DNA of 64,000 bases from assembly GCA_034189385.1 (NCBI GenBank), contig JAXHVD010000003.1, positions 96,001-160,000 on the forward strand, written 5' to 3'. Positions 19,792-29,715 of this stretch are shown in pieces. The translations under genes and the position numbers were made by a program. The DNA comes from Thermodesulfobacteriota bacterium (GTDB taxonomy: Bacteria; Desulfobacterota; Desulfobacteria; Desulfobacterales; C00003060). The notes under the pieces are model-generated. The model was not told the origin of the DNA and searched no databases. It saw only the letters and a list, made by a program, of their open reading frames with translations. How positions within the stretch are numbered: the stretch's first letter is position 1; every line of letters starts with the position of its first letter.

Positions 19792-22365
19792 ATGCAGAGA
19801 ATAGCCCGCCTCCTTCGATATTTTTCCCTGCGGCACCTCCTCCAGGACCCCTGGCGAACGGCCATTGTCATATTCGGGGTCGCTGTAGGCGCGTCGGTAT
19901 TCTTAAGCGTGAGGCTGGCGGTGGATGCATCGGTGGATGCCTTCACCCGGAGCATGGATCACCTCATCGGAAAGGCGGACTATGCTGTGCGGGCCGAGGG
20001 GACCGGCGTCCCCGATGGCCTCTTTGCAGTGCTTTCTTCCCATCCGGCTGTTGCCCATGCAGCTCCTGTGCTGTCTGCCTATGTGCGGTTCCAAGATCTG
20101 GATCAGGAGCCCTTTCTCCTTTTGGGCATAGACCCCATAGCCGAAAGGGCCTTCCGGGAGACCCGCTGGGTGGCCAAGGACCGCGCTGAGGCCTGGGAGA
20201 CCCTTGTGGGTCTTCTTACCCGGCCTTTTACCCTGATCACCACCCAAGGGCTGGCCCGTTCATGGGGGCTTAAAAGAGGAGATGAAGTCCTGGTCATGCA
20301 CGGCCATAACATCGCCAGGTTTGAGCTCCTGGGCCTGCTGGATGAAGAGGGTGCAGCCCTGTCAGAGGGCGGAAACGTGGCTGTCTGCGACATCGCCACG
20401 GCCCAAGAATTCTTGAAACGCCCAGGGATGTTGGAGCGCATTGACTTGATGCTCTGGCCCCGAGCCGGTGCGGCTGATACTGCATCCATTCAGAAAATAC
20501 TCCCGCCCAGTTGTAAGCTTGTCCGGCCCCATGAAGGCAAGGAAGCGAGTCTCTCACTGATCAGAGCCTATCGCATGAACCTCTCCGTTCTGAGTTTTGT
20601 TTCTCTTTTCGTGGGGATGTTCCTTGTCTTTAGTGTCGTCTCCATCAATGCAGCCCGGCGCAGGCAAGAGACGGCCATTCTCCTGTCCCTAGGGACCGAA
20701 CCGACACAGGCCTTCCTCCTCTTCTTGGGCGAAGGGCTTGTCTTCGGACTTGCAGGGTGGGTGATAGGGTTTCCCTTAAGCCTCTTTCTTGCCGACCGGT
20801 TCCTTAGGATCGTATGCGCAACCATCACCACCCTCTTTGTGAGGGTGAATGTGGAGGCGATCATCCTATCGCCTCAGGAGATCATCGCTTCCTTTGTCAT
20901 CACCTTGTCGGTATCTGTGATGGCGGCCTTTGTGCCGGCCCGGGAGACGGCCCGCATCCCTCCCCAAGAGGCCTTGTCTTCTGAAACCTTTGAGCGCAGC
21001 CGCAGGCTCAAGGCACCCACCCTGGCCTTGGCGGGCGCGGCCTTGATCGGCCTTTCTTTTCCAGTGTCTTGGCTCCCCCCTGTCTTTGACATGCCGGCAG
21101 GGGGATATACGGCCATCTTTATGATATTTGTGGGCTTTTCCATGCTGGCCCCCGGCGTGCTTATCCTCTTTGGAAGATACCTTCCGGGCATCGTGGCCAA
21201 GATCTTTGGCCAACCGGGTCGCTTGGCCGCCGGCTACCTGGGCGGGGCCGTGTCACGGACGGCCGTGGCCGTGGGGGCACTTATTACGGCCATTGCCTTG
21301 TTCATTGGCGTTTCCATCATGGTCTCCAGTTTCAGGAACACCATGAACACGTGGCTGGAGCAAAACGTGGTAGGGGATCTCTTTGTAAGGCCAGATGCCT
21401 GTGATATCAACCAGTACCGGGATTGGCTGGCCCCTGAAGTCGCCCATTACCTTCTTCATCACGACCTCATAGAAGACGCCTATGTCTACAATCGAACCAT
21501 CATGGAAAAAGATAAAGGCCCTTTCCTGCTAGAGGCGGGCCGAATAGAAAGCCTGTGGCGTCACGGCCGGTTCCTGCTCATGGGGGGAGACGAAACGGAC
21601 ATCATGGAAAAACTCATACAAGGAAAAGGGGTCGGCATTTCTGAGGTGTATGCCTCCCGAACAGGTCTCGGCCCTGGAGACCGCCTCGATCTGTCCCTTG
21701 GCGGTGTTCACAGGGGGTGGGAGATCCTGGGCGTCTTTCGGGACTACCGAACCGGTGGCGGGGTGGTGTTCATGGACCTGCGCACCTTTCAGGAAATCTA
21801 TAAAAAACCCCATGTAGAAGGAGCCAATCTCTTTGTCAAGGCCGGGGCGTCCCCTCACACAATGAGGGCCGATCTCATGAAACTTTTTGGTGACAAGTAT
21901 GCCCTTTCTATTACTATTGGAGACGACCTGCGTCGAGACATCATGAAGGTCTTTGATGACACCTTTTCCATCACCTACGTGCTCATGGGGATAGCCCTTC
22001 TGGTGGCGGCCCTGGGCGTGGCCACCACGCTTTCGCTACTTATCAGGGAACGCCGCCGGCAGCTCGGGCTCATGATGGCCGTGGGAGCCACCGTGGGGCA
22101 GATTAGGCGCATGGTCGTGCTGGAGGCCCTTTTCATGGGCATGGCTGGGCACATAGTCGGCATTTGGTGCGGGCTCGTCCTTTCCTATTTTCTCATCTTT
22201 GTCATCAACAAGCAGTCCTTTGGATGGACCTTTGTCTACCAGATGCCCCCGTGGACCGTGGTCGCCTCTTTTGTGCTCATTCTGCTGGCGGCCGCACTGG
22301 CAGCCATCCCTCCTGCAAGGGCGGCGGCAAGGGTGAACCTGGCCGAGCTTTTGAAGGGAGAGTAA
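19792..22365 (+). CDS. FtsX/MacB-like ABC permease (AttF/G-like, duplicated architecture)
   Basis: Two MacB-periplasmic/FtsX repeats; NLSVLSFVSLFVGMFL and VINKQSFGWT motifs. Confidence 0.88.
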   Translation: MQRIARLLRYFSLRHLLQDPWRTAIVIFGVAVGASVFLSVRLAVDASVDAFTRSMDHLIGKADYAVRAEGTGVPDGLFAVLSSHPAVAHAAPVLSAYVRFQDLDQEPFLLLGIDPIAERAFRETRWVAKDRAEAWETLVGLLTRPFTLITTQGLARSWGLKRGDEVLVMHGHNIARFELLGLLDEEGAALSEGGNVAVCDIATAQEFLKRPGMLERIDLMLWPRAGAADTASIQKILPPSCKLVRPHEGKEASLSLIRAYRMNLSVLSFVSLFVGMFLVFSVVSINAARRRQETAILLSLGTEPTQAFLLFLGEGLVFGLAGWVIGFPLSLFLADRFLRIVCATITTLFVRVNVEAIILSPQEIIASFVITLSVSVMAAFVPARETARIPPQEALSSETFERSRRLKAPTLALAGAALIGLSFPVSWLPPVFDMPAGGYTAIFMIFVGFSMLAPGVLILFGRYLPGIVAKIFGQPGRLAAGYLGGAVSRTAVAVGALITAIALFIGVSIMVSSFRNTMNTWLEQNVVGDLFVRPDACDINQYRDWLAPEVAHYLLHHDLIEDAYVYNRTIMEKDKGPFLLEAGRIESLWRHGRFLLMGGDETDIMEKLIQGKGVGISEVYASRTGLGPGDRLDLSLGGVHRGWEILGVFRDYRTGGGVVFMDLRTFQEIYKKPHVEGANLFVKAGASPHTMRADLMKLFGDKYALSITIGDDLRRDIMKVFDDTFSITYVLMGIALLVAALGVATTLSLLIRERRRQLGLMMAVGATVGQIRRMVVLEALFMGMAGHIVGIWCGLVLSYFLIFVINKQSFGWTFVYQMPPWTVVASFVLILLAAALAAIPPARAAARVNLAELLKGE

Positions 22366-22428
22366 AAATGCCTCGCACAGAGTGGTTATTGTTTGTCCCC
22401 TAAAATGGCTTGTTCTGCTAAGCTGAAA

Positions 22429-22534
22429 AATGCCTAAAGCGAAGAAATGCGCTTAGCTGGACGACCATTTTCATAATGATAGAATACCATAACTTTAGTT
22501 CACTCTAGAGCACTTTAGCTCACTTTAGTCACTT
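22429..22534. repeat. Degenerate 9-10-nt tandem repeat (CACTTTAGNN) with an inverted partner
   Basis: aactttagtt-cactctagag-cactttagct-cactttagt-cactt at 22491-22534; inverted unit aatgcctaaag at 22429-22439. Confidence 0.65.
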
Positions 22535-22599
22535 CTTCGTTGGCCGACAGAAGCTATTTTTTTGGACCCAATGCAAAACACGGAGTGTCGTTGCAGACG

Positions 22600-23730
22600 A
22601 TGAAAAGCAAGAATAGACTAACCTTGGTCTCTTTTCTTGGTATCTTGGCAGTGGTCCTCTTGGCCCCGCCGACCTGCCCAGGGGCAGAGGGTTTTCTGCA
22701 GGCCATTGAGCCCAGGGACTGGACCTTTCCGGGGGATCACGGGGACCATCCCGGCTTTCAAACGGAGTGGTGGTATTACACGGGAAACGTGGCCAGTGGG
22801 AAGCAAAGACCATTTGGGTTTCAACTGACCTTCTTCAGGGTCCAGCTCCAACCAGCGCCTGTTGTCTCAAGCTCCAGGTGGCGTACCAACCAACTCTACT
22901 TTGCCCACGTGACCATCAGCGACATAGAGGCCCAGGAGTTCCTGGTGGCCGAAAGGGCAGGCCGGGGAGCGGCAGGTATCGGCGGTGTGTCGCAGGAGCA
23001 AAAAAGGGTGCAGGTCTTCTTGCACGGATGGGAGACAGCCATACAAGGAAAAAGGCACCACCTGCGGGCTGAGGCCGATCGTTTGGGCATGGATCTCACA
23101 CTGATTTCGGAAAAGCCCCCCGTCTTTCATGGCGAAAGGGGCCTTAGCCGAAAGGGGGCTGGAAAGGGCAAGGCCTCGTATTACTACTCCCTTACCCGCA
23201 TGGAAACCAAGGGCACCTTGCGGGTGGACGGGAAAAGCTACAAGGTCTCCGGCTGGAGTTGGATGGACCATGAGTTCAGCTCCAATGTGTTATCAGAGGA
23301 CCAGGTGGGATGGGATTGGATGGGGCTCCAGCTGTCTGATGGCCGAGAACTCATGCTCTATGTACTGCGCCACAAGGATGGCTCTCTGGACTCTTTTTCG
23401 AGTGGCACAATGGTTAAGAAGGACGGCACGTCCGTCCATCTGCCAAAGGAGACTTTTGCGATCGAGCCCGTAGACTACTGGAAGAGCCCCAAGAGCAACG
23501 GCCGTTATCCCTCGGCATGGCAGGTGGAGGTCTATCCTCACGACATAAGCCTCAAGGTCCTTCCAAATATGACAGATCAGGAACTCATGACCGAGGAGAG
23601 CACCCAAGTCACCTATTGGGAGGGGAGTGTAGGGGTCGCCGGGGCTGTCTCCGAACAGCCGGTGACCGGCTCAGGATATGTGGAGTTGACCGGCTATGCC
23701 GGGGATTTCAAGGGCGGCTTATTGTGGTAG
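22600..23730 (+). CDS. Secreted lipocalin-like / AttH (CrtC-like) protein
   Basis: Signal peptide; FP.DHG.HP.FQTEWWYYTGN, ASYYYS, WMDHEFSS, GWDW, YWEG, GYVELTGY. Confidence 0.88.
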   Translation: MKSKNRLTLVSFLGILAVVLLAPPTCPGAEGFLQAIEPRDWTFPGDHGDHPGFQTEWWYYTGNVASGKQRPFGFQLTFFRVQLQPAPVVSSSRWRTNQLYFAHVTISDIEAQEFLVAERAGRGAAGIGGVSQEQKRVQVFLHGWETAIQGKRHHLRAEADRLGMDLTLISEKPPVFHGERGLSRKGAGKGKASYYYSLTRMETKGTLRVDGKSYKVSGWSWMDHEFSSNVLSEDQVGWDWMGLQLSDGRELMLYVLRHKDGSLDSFSSGTMVKKDGTSVHLPKETFAIEPVDYWKSPKSNGRYPSAWQVEVYPHDISLKVLPNMTDQELMTEESTQVTYWEGSVGVAGAVSEQPVTGSGYVELTGYAGDFKGGLLW

Positions 23731-23960
23731 TATTGATTGATGCCCATTTGGGCTTGCTTGAGAAGGTCAGCATTTAGGCCAGCAGGCGGCCCACCTTGAA
23801 AATGGCTAACTGTTTGAGCGCACTAGTGAGCGTTGAGAAAAAGGCGATAGCTTCCTGATCGTTCTGGGCACATGACTTCTAAGTCCAAGAACCGGCCCTT
23901 TTACGTCATCAAACTCTTTTTTCTCTGGGCTCACTTTTAAGCGAGTTTCAGACGGTTTCA

Positions 23961-24017
23961 AATTGAACCCTCCCCGTGGCAAGCCACGGGGAATGCGCTA
24001 GCTTGTTCGCTTCAATT
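23961..24017. mobile_element. Short palindromic element resembling an IS200/IS605-type end hairpin (non-autonomous)
   Basis: Perfect hairpin TCCCCGTGGC-AA-GCCACGGGGA (23971-23992) enclosed by inverted AATTGAA...TTCAATT; no transposase nearby. Confidence 0.45.
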
Positions 24018-24089
24018 GCCTGTGGGCCGACTCAATGTCGTTTACAGAAGACTCCCTACGAGGCTATCAAACATCATTGGCGACGAGAA

Positions 24090-26819
24090 TTGAAAGACTT
24101 TCGACCTAGAAAACCCAAGCGGGGCAAGTTTGTCCCACGACCGAGGCCTCGGGGCCCCAGGAAAGAAATACCCAGGATCAAACCGAGCGCCGACGGCCGC
24201 CTGAAAAAGGTCTTTGCCAAGATCGGTGCGCCCCCTAAGTCACCCTTTAGGCCAGACCCCTTTCAAACGGAGGCCCTGGCGGCCATCAGAAAGTCCGACT
24301 GCCTGGTTTCAGCCCCCACCGGTTCTGGAAAGACCTGGATCGCCCAGGAAGCCATCCGTCGCGTCCAAAAGAAAGGAGGCAAGGCGTGGTACGCCTCGCC
24401 CCTGAAGGCCCTTTCCAACTCAAAGCTCCTCGAATTCAGCATGGAATTCGGTCCCGACCATGTTGGCATATTGACAGGAGACCGCAAAGAAAACCCCGAT
24501 GCCCCCATTATCGTGGGGACCACGGAGATCCTGCGGAACCAACTCTATGATGCCATGCATGAGGGCGTGGACCTGGCCGCAGACCTGGTGATCCTGGATG
24601 AGGCTCACTTCCTGGGAGACCAGGATCGGGGGGTGGTCTGGGAAGAGATCATGATCTACCTGCCCGTGCGGGTCCACCTGTTGCTCCTGTCGGCCACCAT
24701 AGGAAATGCCCGTCAGATCGCCGATTGGCTGGAATCCATCCGGTCCAAGTCCTGCGTGCTGGTTGAAGAAAAGGGCCGGCCGGTACCCCTTTTTCCCCTC
24801 TTCTTTCACCCCTCCGGCAAGCTGCTGCCCCTTCTCGATTCCAAGGGCCTGGACAAGAAGGTAAGGACCTACGTAAGCAGCGCCAACCCTCCGGTCCTTT
24901 CCTCTCCCAGGGCTCTTCCCCCCTTTAAGGAGGTCTTGAGGGTCTTGAGAAAGTACGATCTTCTTCCCGCCATATTCTTCATGAAATCAAGGGCAGACTG
25001 TGACGGGGCCCTTGATCGCGCCGTGGACACTACGGGGGGCAACCGACGCGAGGGGGGCGAGTTAGGCGCCCATATTGATCGACTCATCATGGAGCATGTC
25101 CACGTGGCAACGCACCGGCAGCTTTGGCATCTTAGAAGCGGGGCCGTGGGGGCCCATCACAGCGGCCAGCTCCCGGTGTGGAAACTCGTTATAGAAGACC
25201 TCATGACCAAAGGTCTCCTTGATGCCGTCTTTGCCACGTCAACAGTGGCTGCAGGCGTAAACTTTCCGGCCAGAAGCGTAGTGTTCCTCAATTCAGACAG
25301 ATACAACGGCCATGAGTTTGTTCCCCTAAACGGCACAGAGTTTCATCAGACAACGGGCAGGGCCGGCAGGCGGGGCAAAGACCGTATCGGTTTTGCACTG
25401 GTCGTACCAGGAAAATTTATGGATGTGCGGCTCATGGCAGAGCTTTGCACCACACCGCCCGAGGATGTTCTCAGCCAGATAAGGGTGGATTTTTCCATGG
25501 TCCTGAACCTGCTCTTGTCTCACAGTCCGGATCAGATCAGGGAGATCTTTCAAAGGTCTTTTGCCACCTACCTGAACGTGATGAACCAGGAACCGGGGTT
25601 GGAGCAGAAGCTCAACAAATCCGGCCGCGAGCTGATCAGCCTTCTTCCTGATGCCCTGTGTGCCGGCCCTGAGTTTGTCCTTGATCTTATCAGGAGGCAG
25701 CGTAACTTGATTCGTGAAACCAAAGAGCTCGGCCGGAGACTGAAAAAGCTCGAGCTCCATCTTTCCAAGCTGGCAAGCCTTGTGCCAGGCCGGCTTTTTC
25801 TGGATCGCCATGGCCGGACATACTGCGCCATGAAAGGCCACGTGAGAAGGGGCGAAGAGGGTGTCCTGGCCTGCCGGGTAAGGGGCGGTATCTCTTTGCG
25901 GGGAAAGTATTTGAAAATGAGGTGGTTTCGTCCGCAAAAGGTCGCACAGATCCTGGACAAGGTCGTGGACTTGCCGTCTCTGGACCATCCTTTAGAAGTC
26001 AGGGCTCTACTGGCGCAAACGGCACAGGACGGGTTGCCGCCGCCACTGGCGTCACTGTCTCTTGGGGAAAAGGAGCTTGCGACCCTGCGCCCCCTTAAAA
26101 CGCGGGCCTTTCTTCTAGAAGAGGAACTTGACGGACTGATTTGCAGACAGTGTGGGCACTTCAAAACATGTCATGGAAAGCGCCGGGGCGGATTCAGTCG
26201 GGTCCTTGACGGGTTCGCCTTGACCTGGGACAGGGCTCATGCCGTGCGTATGGGATTGTGGAATGATTTCTCCCACCACCTTGCCTTTCTGAAGGAGGAG
26301 GGCTTTGTTGCAGAAGCGAATACGCTTACCCATGACGGCATATGGGCCTCTCGGCTCAGGCTCGACCAGCCCCTTATGATTGCCGAAGGCCTGAGAAAGG
26401 GGGTCTTCCCAGATTCCGACCCGGCCTTGTTGGCGGCCCTGGTGGCCCCCTTTGTCCATGATCGGGACGTGGAGCTGAAGCTGGACGAAAGGACAGTGCC
26501 CAAGCGTTTGCTAAAATCCTTTGAAGGGATGAAAAAGTCCCTTGCTCCCTTGGTGGAGCGCAAAGTCGTGAGAGGTTTTGAGGTAAGACCCATCTCCCTG
26601 TGGCCTGCTGCCACCATTTATGGATGGGCCAATGGCCAGCCGTGGGAAAAGGTGTTGGAGATTGCCGGCATGGCAGAGGGAGACCTGGCCATGCTGGTCA
26701 CCAGGACGGCGGACAACCTAAGACAGGTTGCCTCGCTGACAGAGGCACATCCGGCCGTGGCTCAGACGGCCTTTCAAGCTATCGCGATCATTCTAAGAGA
26801 GCCCGTGGTTGTGGATTAG
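24090..26819 (+). CDS. Ski2/HelY-like DExH RNA helicase
   Basis: PDPFQ, APTGSGKT, SPLKALSN, TTEILRNQL, DEAH, LSAT, GRAGRRG, C-terminal EGDL (DSHCT-like); TTG start at 24090 is inferred. Confidence 0.9.
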   Translation: MKDFRPRKPKRGKFVPRPRPRGPRKEIPRIKPSADGRLKKVFAKIGAPPKSPFRPDPFQTEALAAIRKSDCLVSAPTGSGKTWIAQEAIRRVQKKGGKAWYASPLKALSNSKLLEFSMEFGPDHVGILTGDRKENPDAPIIVGTTEILRNQLYDAMHEGVDLAADLVILDEAHFLGDQDRGVVWEEIMIYLPVRVHLLLLSATIGNARQIADWLESIRSKSCVLVEEKGRPVPLFPLFFHPSGKLLPLLDSKGLDKKVRTYVSSANPPVLSSPRALPPFKEVLRVLRKYDLLPAIFFMKSRADCDGALDRAVDTTGGNRREGGELGAHIDRLIMEHVHVATHRQLWHLRSGAVGAHHSGQLPVWKLVIEDLMTKGLLDAVFATSTVAAGVNFPARSVVFLNSDRYNGHEFVPLNGTEFHQTTGRAGRRGKDRIGFALVVPGKFMDVRLMAELCTTPPEDVLSQIRVDFSMVLNLLLSHSPDQIREIFQRSFATYLNVMNQEPGLEQKLNKSGRELISLLPDALCAGPEFVLDLIRRQRNLIRETKELGRRLKKLELHLSKLASLVPGRLFLDRHGRTYCAMKGHVRRGEEGVLACRVRGGISLRGKYLKMRWFRPQKVAQILDKVVDLPSLDHPLEVRALLAQTAQDGLPPPLASLSLGEKELATLRPLKTRAFLLEEELDGLICRQCGHFKTCHGKRRGGFSRVLDGFALTWDRAHAVRMGLWNDFSHHLAFLKEEGFVAEANTLTHDGIWASRLRLDQPLMIAEGLRKGVFPDSDPALLAALVAPFVHDRDVELKLDERTVPKRLLKSFEGMKKSLAPLVERKVVRGFEVRPISLWPAATIYGWANGQPWEKVLEIAGMAEGDLAMLVTRTADNLRQVASLTEAHPAVAQTAFQAIAIILREPVVVD

Positions 26820-26834
26820 GTTGTTCGATGGCCA

Positions 26835-28037
26835 ATGAATCCGGAGGACTTCATGAGAGAAGATAGGAGCAAAGAGAAGAAAGAGGTTGTTGTGAAGGCC
26901 CTTCGCCCCTTTGGCACCACCGTTTTCACTGAGATGACGGCCCTGGCCAAGGCCCACAACGCGGTCAATCTGTCCCAGGGATTTCCTGATTTTGATGGGC
27001 CCGAGGAGATCAAGAAAAGGGCCGCAGAGGCCATCCTGAAGGGCCCCAACCAGTATATATCCTCCACGGGGATAGACCCGTTGCGTCAGGCCGTAGCCCG
27101 CAAGATGAAACGCTTTTATGGGCTGGATGTCAATCCACAGGATGAGGTGACCGTCACAGCCGGTGCCACAGAGGGGGTGTGCGCCACCTTTTTGGGCCTC
27201 GTGGAGCCGGGCGATGAAGTCATATTGCTGGACCCTGCCTACGACGCCTACGGGCCAGTGGCGGCCCTGACGGGGGCAAAGGTCCGGCATGTGTCTCTAA
27301 AAGGTCACGAATTCGGTCTCCCTAGAAAAGAGCTGGCCGAGGCCTTTGGGCCCAAGACCAAAGCCATAGTAATCAATACCCCTCAAAACCCCTCTTGCAA
27401 GGTCTTTTCTCGCGAAGATCTCTCATTTATCGGGATCCTCTGTAAAAAACACGATGCCTATGTCATCAGCGACGAAGTCTACGAACATATCGTATACGAT
27501 GGCCGCAAACATGAGACGCTTTTGAGCATAGCCCATCTTCGCCACCGGGCCTTGGTGATCTCTTCCACAGCCAAGACCTTCTCCATGACTGGCTGGAAGG
27601 TCGGGTATGTTATTGCGGCCCCGGAGCTCTCTCGAGCGGTCCGCATGAGCCACCAGTTCATCACTTTCTGCGGCCAGTCCGCCTTACAAAAGGCCATGGC
27701 CTTTGCCATAGACTTCCCAGATTCCTATTATGAAGCCCTGCTTGCCGATTATACCCGTAGAAGGGACTGGCTCTGCGATGCATTGAAAGACATCGGTTTC
27801 CGCGTCTTTACTCCGGAAGGCACGTATTACGTTATGGCAGACATCAGACCCTTGGGGTTTGATGACGACGTGGCCTTCTGCCGCATGCTTCCCCGGGAGG
27901 CAGGCGTGGCGGCTATCCCATGCTCCTCGTTCTGGAAGGACCGTCAACAGGGCAGGGAGTTGGTCCGCTTCTGTTTCTGTAAAAGGGATGAGACCTTGCA
28001 GGAGGCCGTGACACGCCTTAAGAGATGGTTGGGATAG
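26835..28037 (+). CDS. PLP-dependent class I/II aminotransferase (YbdL/methionine aminotransferase-like)
   Basis: NLSQGFPDF, NQY, GATE, NTPQNP, DEVYEH, KTFSMTGWKVG, RFCFCK; true start may be GTG 26892. Confidence 0.9.
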   Translation: MNPEDFMREDRSKEKKEVVVKALRPFGTTVFTEMTALAKAHNAVNLSQGFPDFDGPEEIKKRAAEAILKGPNQYISSTGIDPLRQAVARKMKRFYGLDVNPQDEVTVTAGATEGVCATFLGLVEPGDEVILLDPAYDAYGPVAALTGAKVRHVSLKGHEFGLPRKELAEAFGPKTKAIVINTPQNPSCKVFSREDLSFIGILCKKHDAYVISDEVYEHIVYDGRKHETLLSIAHLRHRALVISSTAKTFSMTGWKVGYVIAAPELSRAVRMSHQFITFCGQSALQKAMAFAIDFPDSYYEALLADYTRRRDWLCDALKDIGFRVFTPEGTYYVMADIRPLGFDDDVAFCRMLPREAGVAAIPCSSFWKDRQQGRELVRFCFCKRDETLQEAVTRLKRWLG

Positions 28038-28273
28038 GACCTCCTCTATCGAGTCAGAGTCATTCCTAGGTTCTCTCTACCCCCCTTGGGCACCGTGAAA
28101 AGTCCAGCTTTTGCCCCGCAAATCGAGCGCCAACCAATAAACCGAACTTCTTGGCAGTTACCGTTCATGGGATGGTTGACAAAGTCGCATCAAGGATTTA
28201 CCAACAAGGAACTTGCAAGGCCAAGTGGAAAGGACCACCAGACCAGAAACATTTGCCACACAAAACAGACACC

Positions 28274-29344
28274 ATGAACAAGAAAGAACCAAAAGATATT
28301 GGTAGAATGATTCTCTCGTGGTATGCCCACCACCAGCGTGATCTGCCATGGAGGAAGACCCGCGACCCTTACCATATTTGGGTCTCTGAGGTCATGCTTC
28401 AGCAGACTCAGGTGGAAACCGTCATCCCCTATTACAACCGGTTTCTAAGCCAGTTTCCAACGGTCGTTGCCCTTGCCGAGGCACCGCTGGATGATGTGCT
28501 CAAGGCATGGGAGAATATGGGCTACTATGCTAGGGCCCGGAATCTCCACGCTGCGGCAAAAAGGGTCCTGAATCGCTTCAAAGGAGAGATACCACAAACC
28601 CGGGAAGGACTGATGAGTCTCCCGGGTATTGGCCCATACACAGCTTCCGCCATACTCAGTATCGCCTTTGACAATCCCCTACCGGCTGTTGATGCCAACG
28701 CAAGAAGGGTCATTGCCAGGCTCTTTGTTGTCGACGAGCCCTTGGGTCGGGGTGTGACCACTGGGTTCGTGTGGGACCTGGCAAAGCAACTCATGCCTAG
28801 GGAAAGGGCCGGGGATTTCAACCAAGGTCTCATGGACCTGGGCGCCACCCTGTGTACCTTCCAGAAACCCAAGTGCACGCGTTGTCCTGTCCGGACGTTG
28901 TGTAAGGCCTACAGAAACGGTTTGCAGGAAGTCCTCCCCCTCACAAAGAAGCGCGGCCCTATCCCCCACCATCATTGGACAGCAGGGATAATTACTGACC
29001 AAGACGGCCGTGTCCTTATCACGCAGCGTCCGAATAAAGGGCTGTTGGGAGGGCTCTGGAAATTTCCGGGGGGCAGACAACTACCAGGAGAAGGCCTCAA
29101 AACATGTGTCAAAAGAGAGATTCAAGCAGAGGTCGATATCGCCGTTCGGGTTGGCAAAGGCGTAGCCCAGATCAAACATGTGTACACCCACTTCCGCATT
29201 ACCCTCCACGCCTTCCACTGTGTGCACCGTGACGGTACCCCCTCGGCCCTGGGATGCAGAGACTGGCGTTGGACTGCGACAACTGGTTTTGACGATTTTG
29301 CCTTTTCAAAGGCAGATCGTAAGATTATCCAGGCCTTGAGATAA
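28274..29344 (+). CDS. mutY: A/G-specific adenine glycosylase
   Basis: RDLPWR, SEVMLQQTQV, GYY.RARNL, HhH LPGIGPYTA, 4Fe-4S motif C-x6-C-x2-C-x5-C, C-terminal Nudix-like domain. Confidence 0.95.
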   Translation: MNKKEPKDIGRMILSWYAHHQRDLPWRKTRDPYHIWVSEVMLQQTQVETVIPYYNRFLSQFPTVVALAEAPLDDVLKAWENMGYYARARNLHAAAKRVLNRFKGEIPQTREGLMSLPGIGPYTASAILSIAFDNPLPAVDANARRVIARLFVVDEPLGRGVTTGFVWDLAKQLMPRERAGDFNQGLMDLGATLCTFQKPKCTRCPVRTLCKAYRNGLQEVLPLTKKRGPIPHHHWTAGIITDQDGRVLITQRPNKGLLGGLWKFPGGRQLPGEGLKTCVKREIQAEVDIAVRVGKGVAQIKHVYTHFRITLHAFHCVHRDGTPSALGCRDWRWTATTGFDDFAFSKADRKIIQALR

Positions 29345-29715
29345 GAAAGTCGGGTTCTCCCCAGACCTACAAGAACGGGCAGGGCGCCCCTGCCCTTGCC
29401 TTCAGAGAGGCTCTAGGACCCCATTGACAGGCCCTTTCTCCAAAGAGGAATTGGAACAAAGGGTCAGGGCGTTAGAGAGGGATGCCAAGGTCTTCTGCCT
29501 GTCCTATGTCCAGCCAGAAATCCATACAGCTGTTGCATAAGAGGTTGACTTTTCATACGTTTTGCCTTATAAATACGTGGAATAAACGGATAAGAATCGC
29601 AAGAAGTCTTTGACCAAAATTTGAGCCCTCTGGAAAAAACGGCTTTTTGCGAGACTGTCAAGATACGAGCCTGTCTTATTCGCTTTTTTTACTTATCCCT
29701 TTACGTGAGGTTGTC

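Noticed and set aside
22491..22534. Possible CRISPR array (also 49683-49724)
   Set aside because: Units are 10-22 nt, directly tandem, with no unique spacers and no cas genes.
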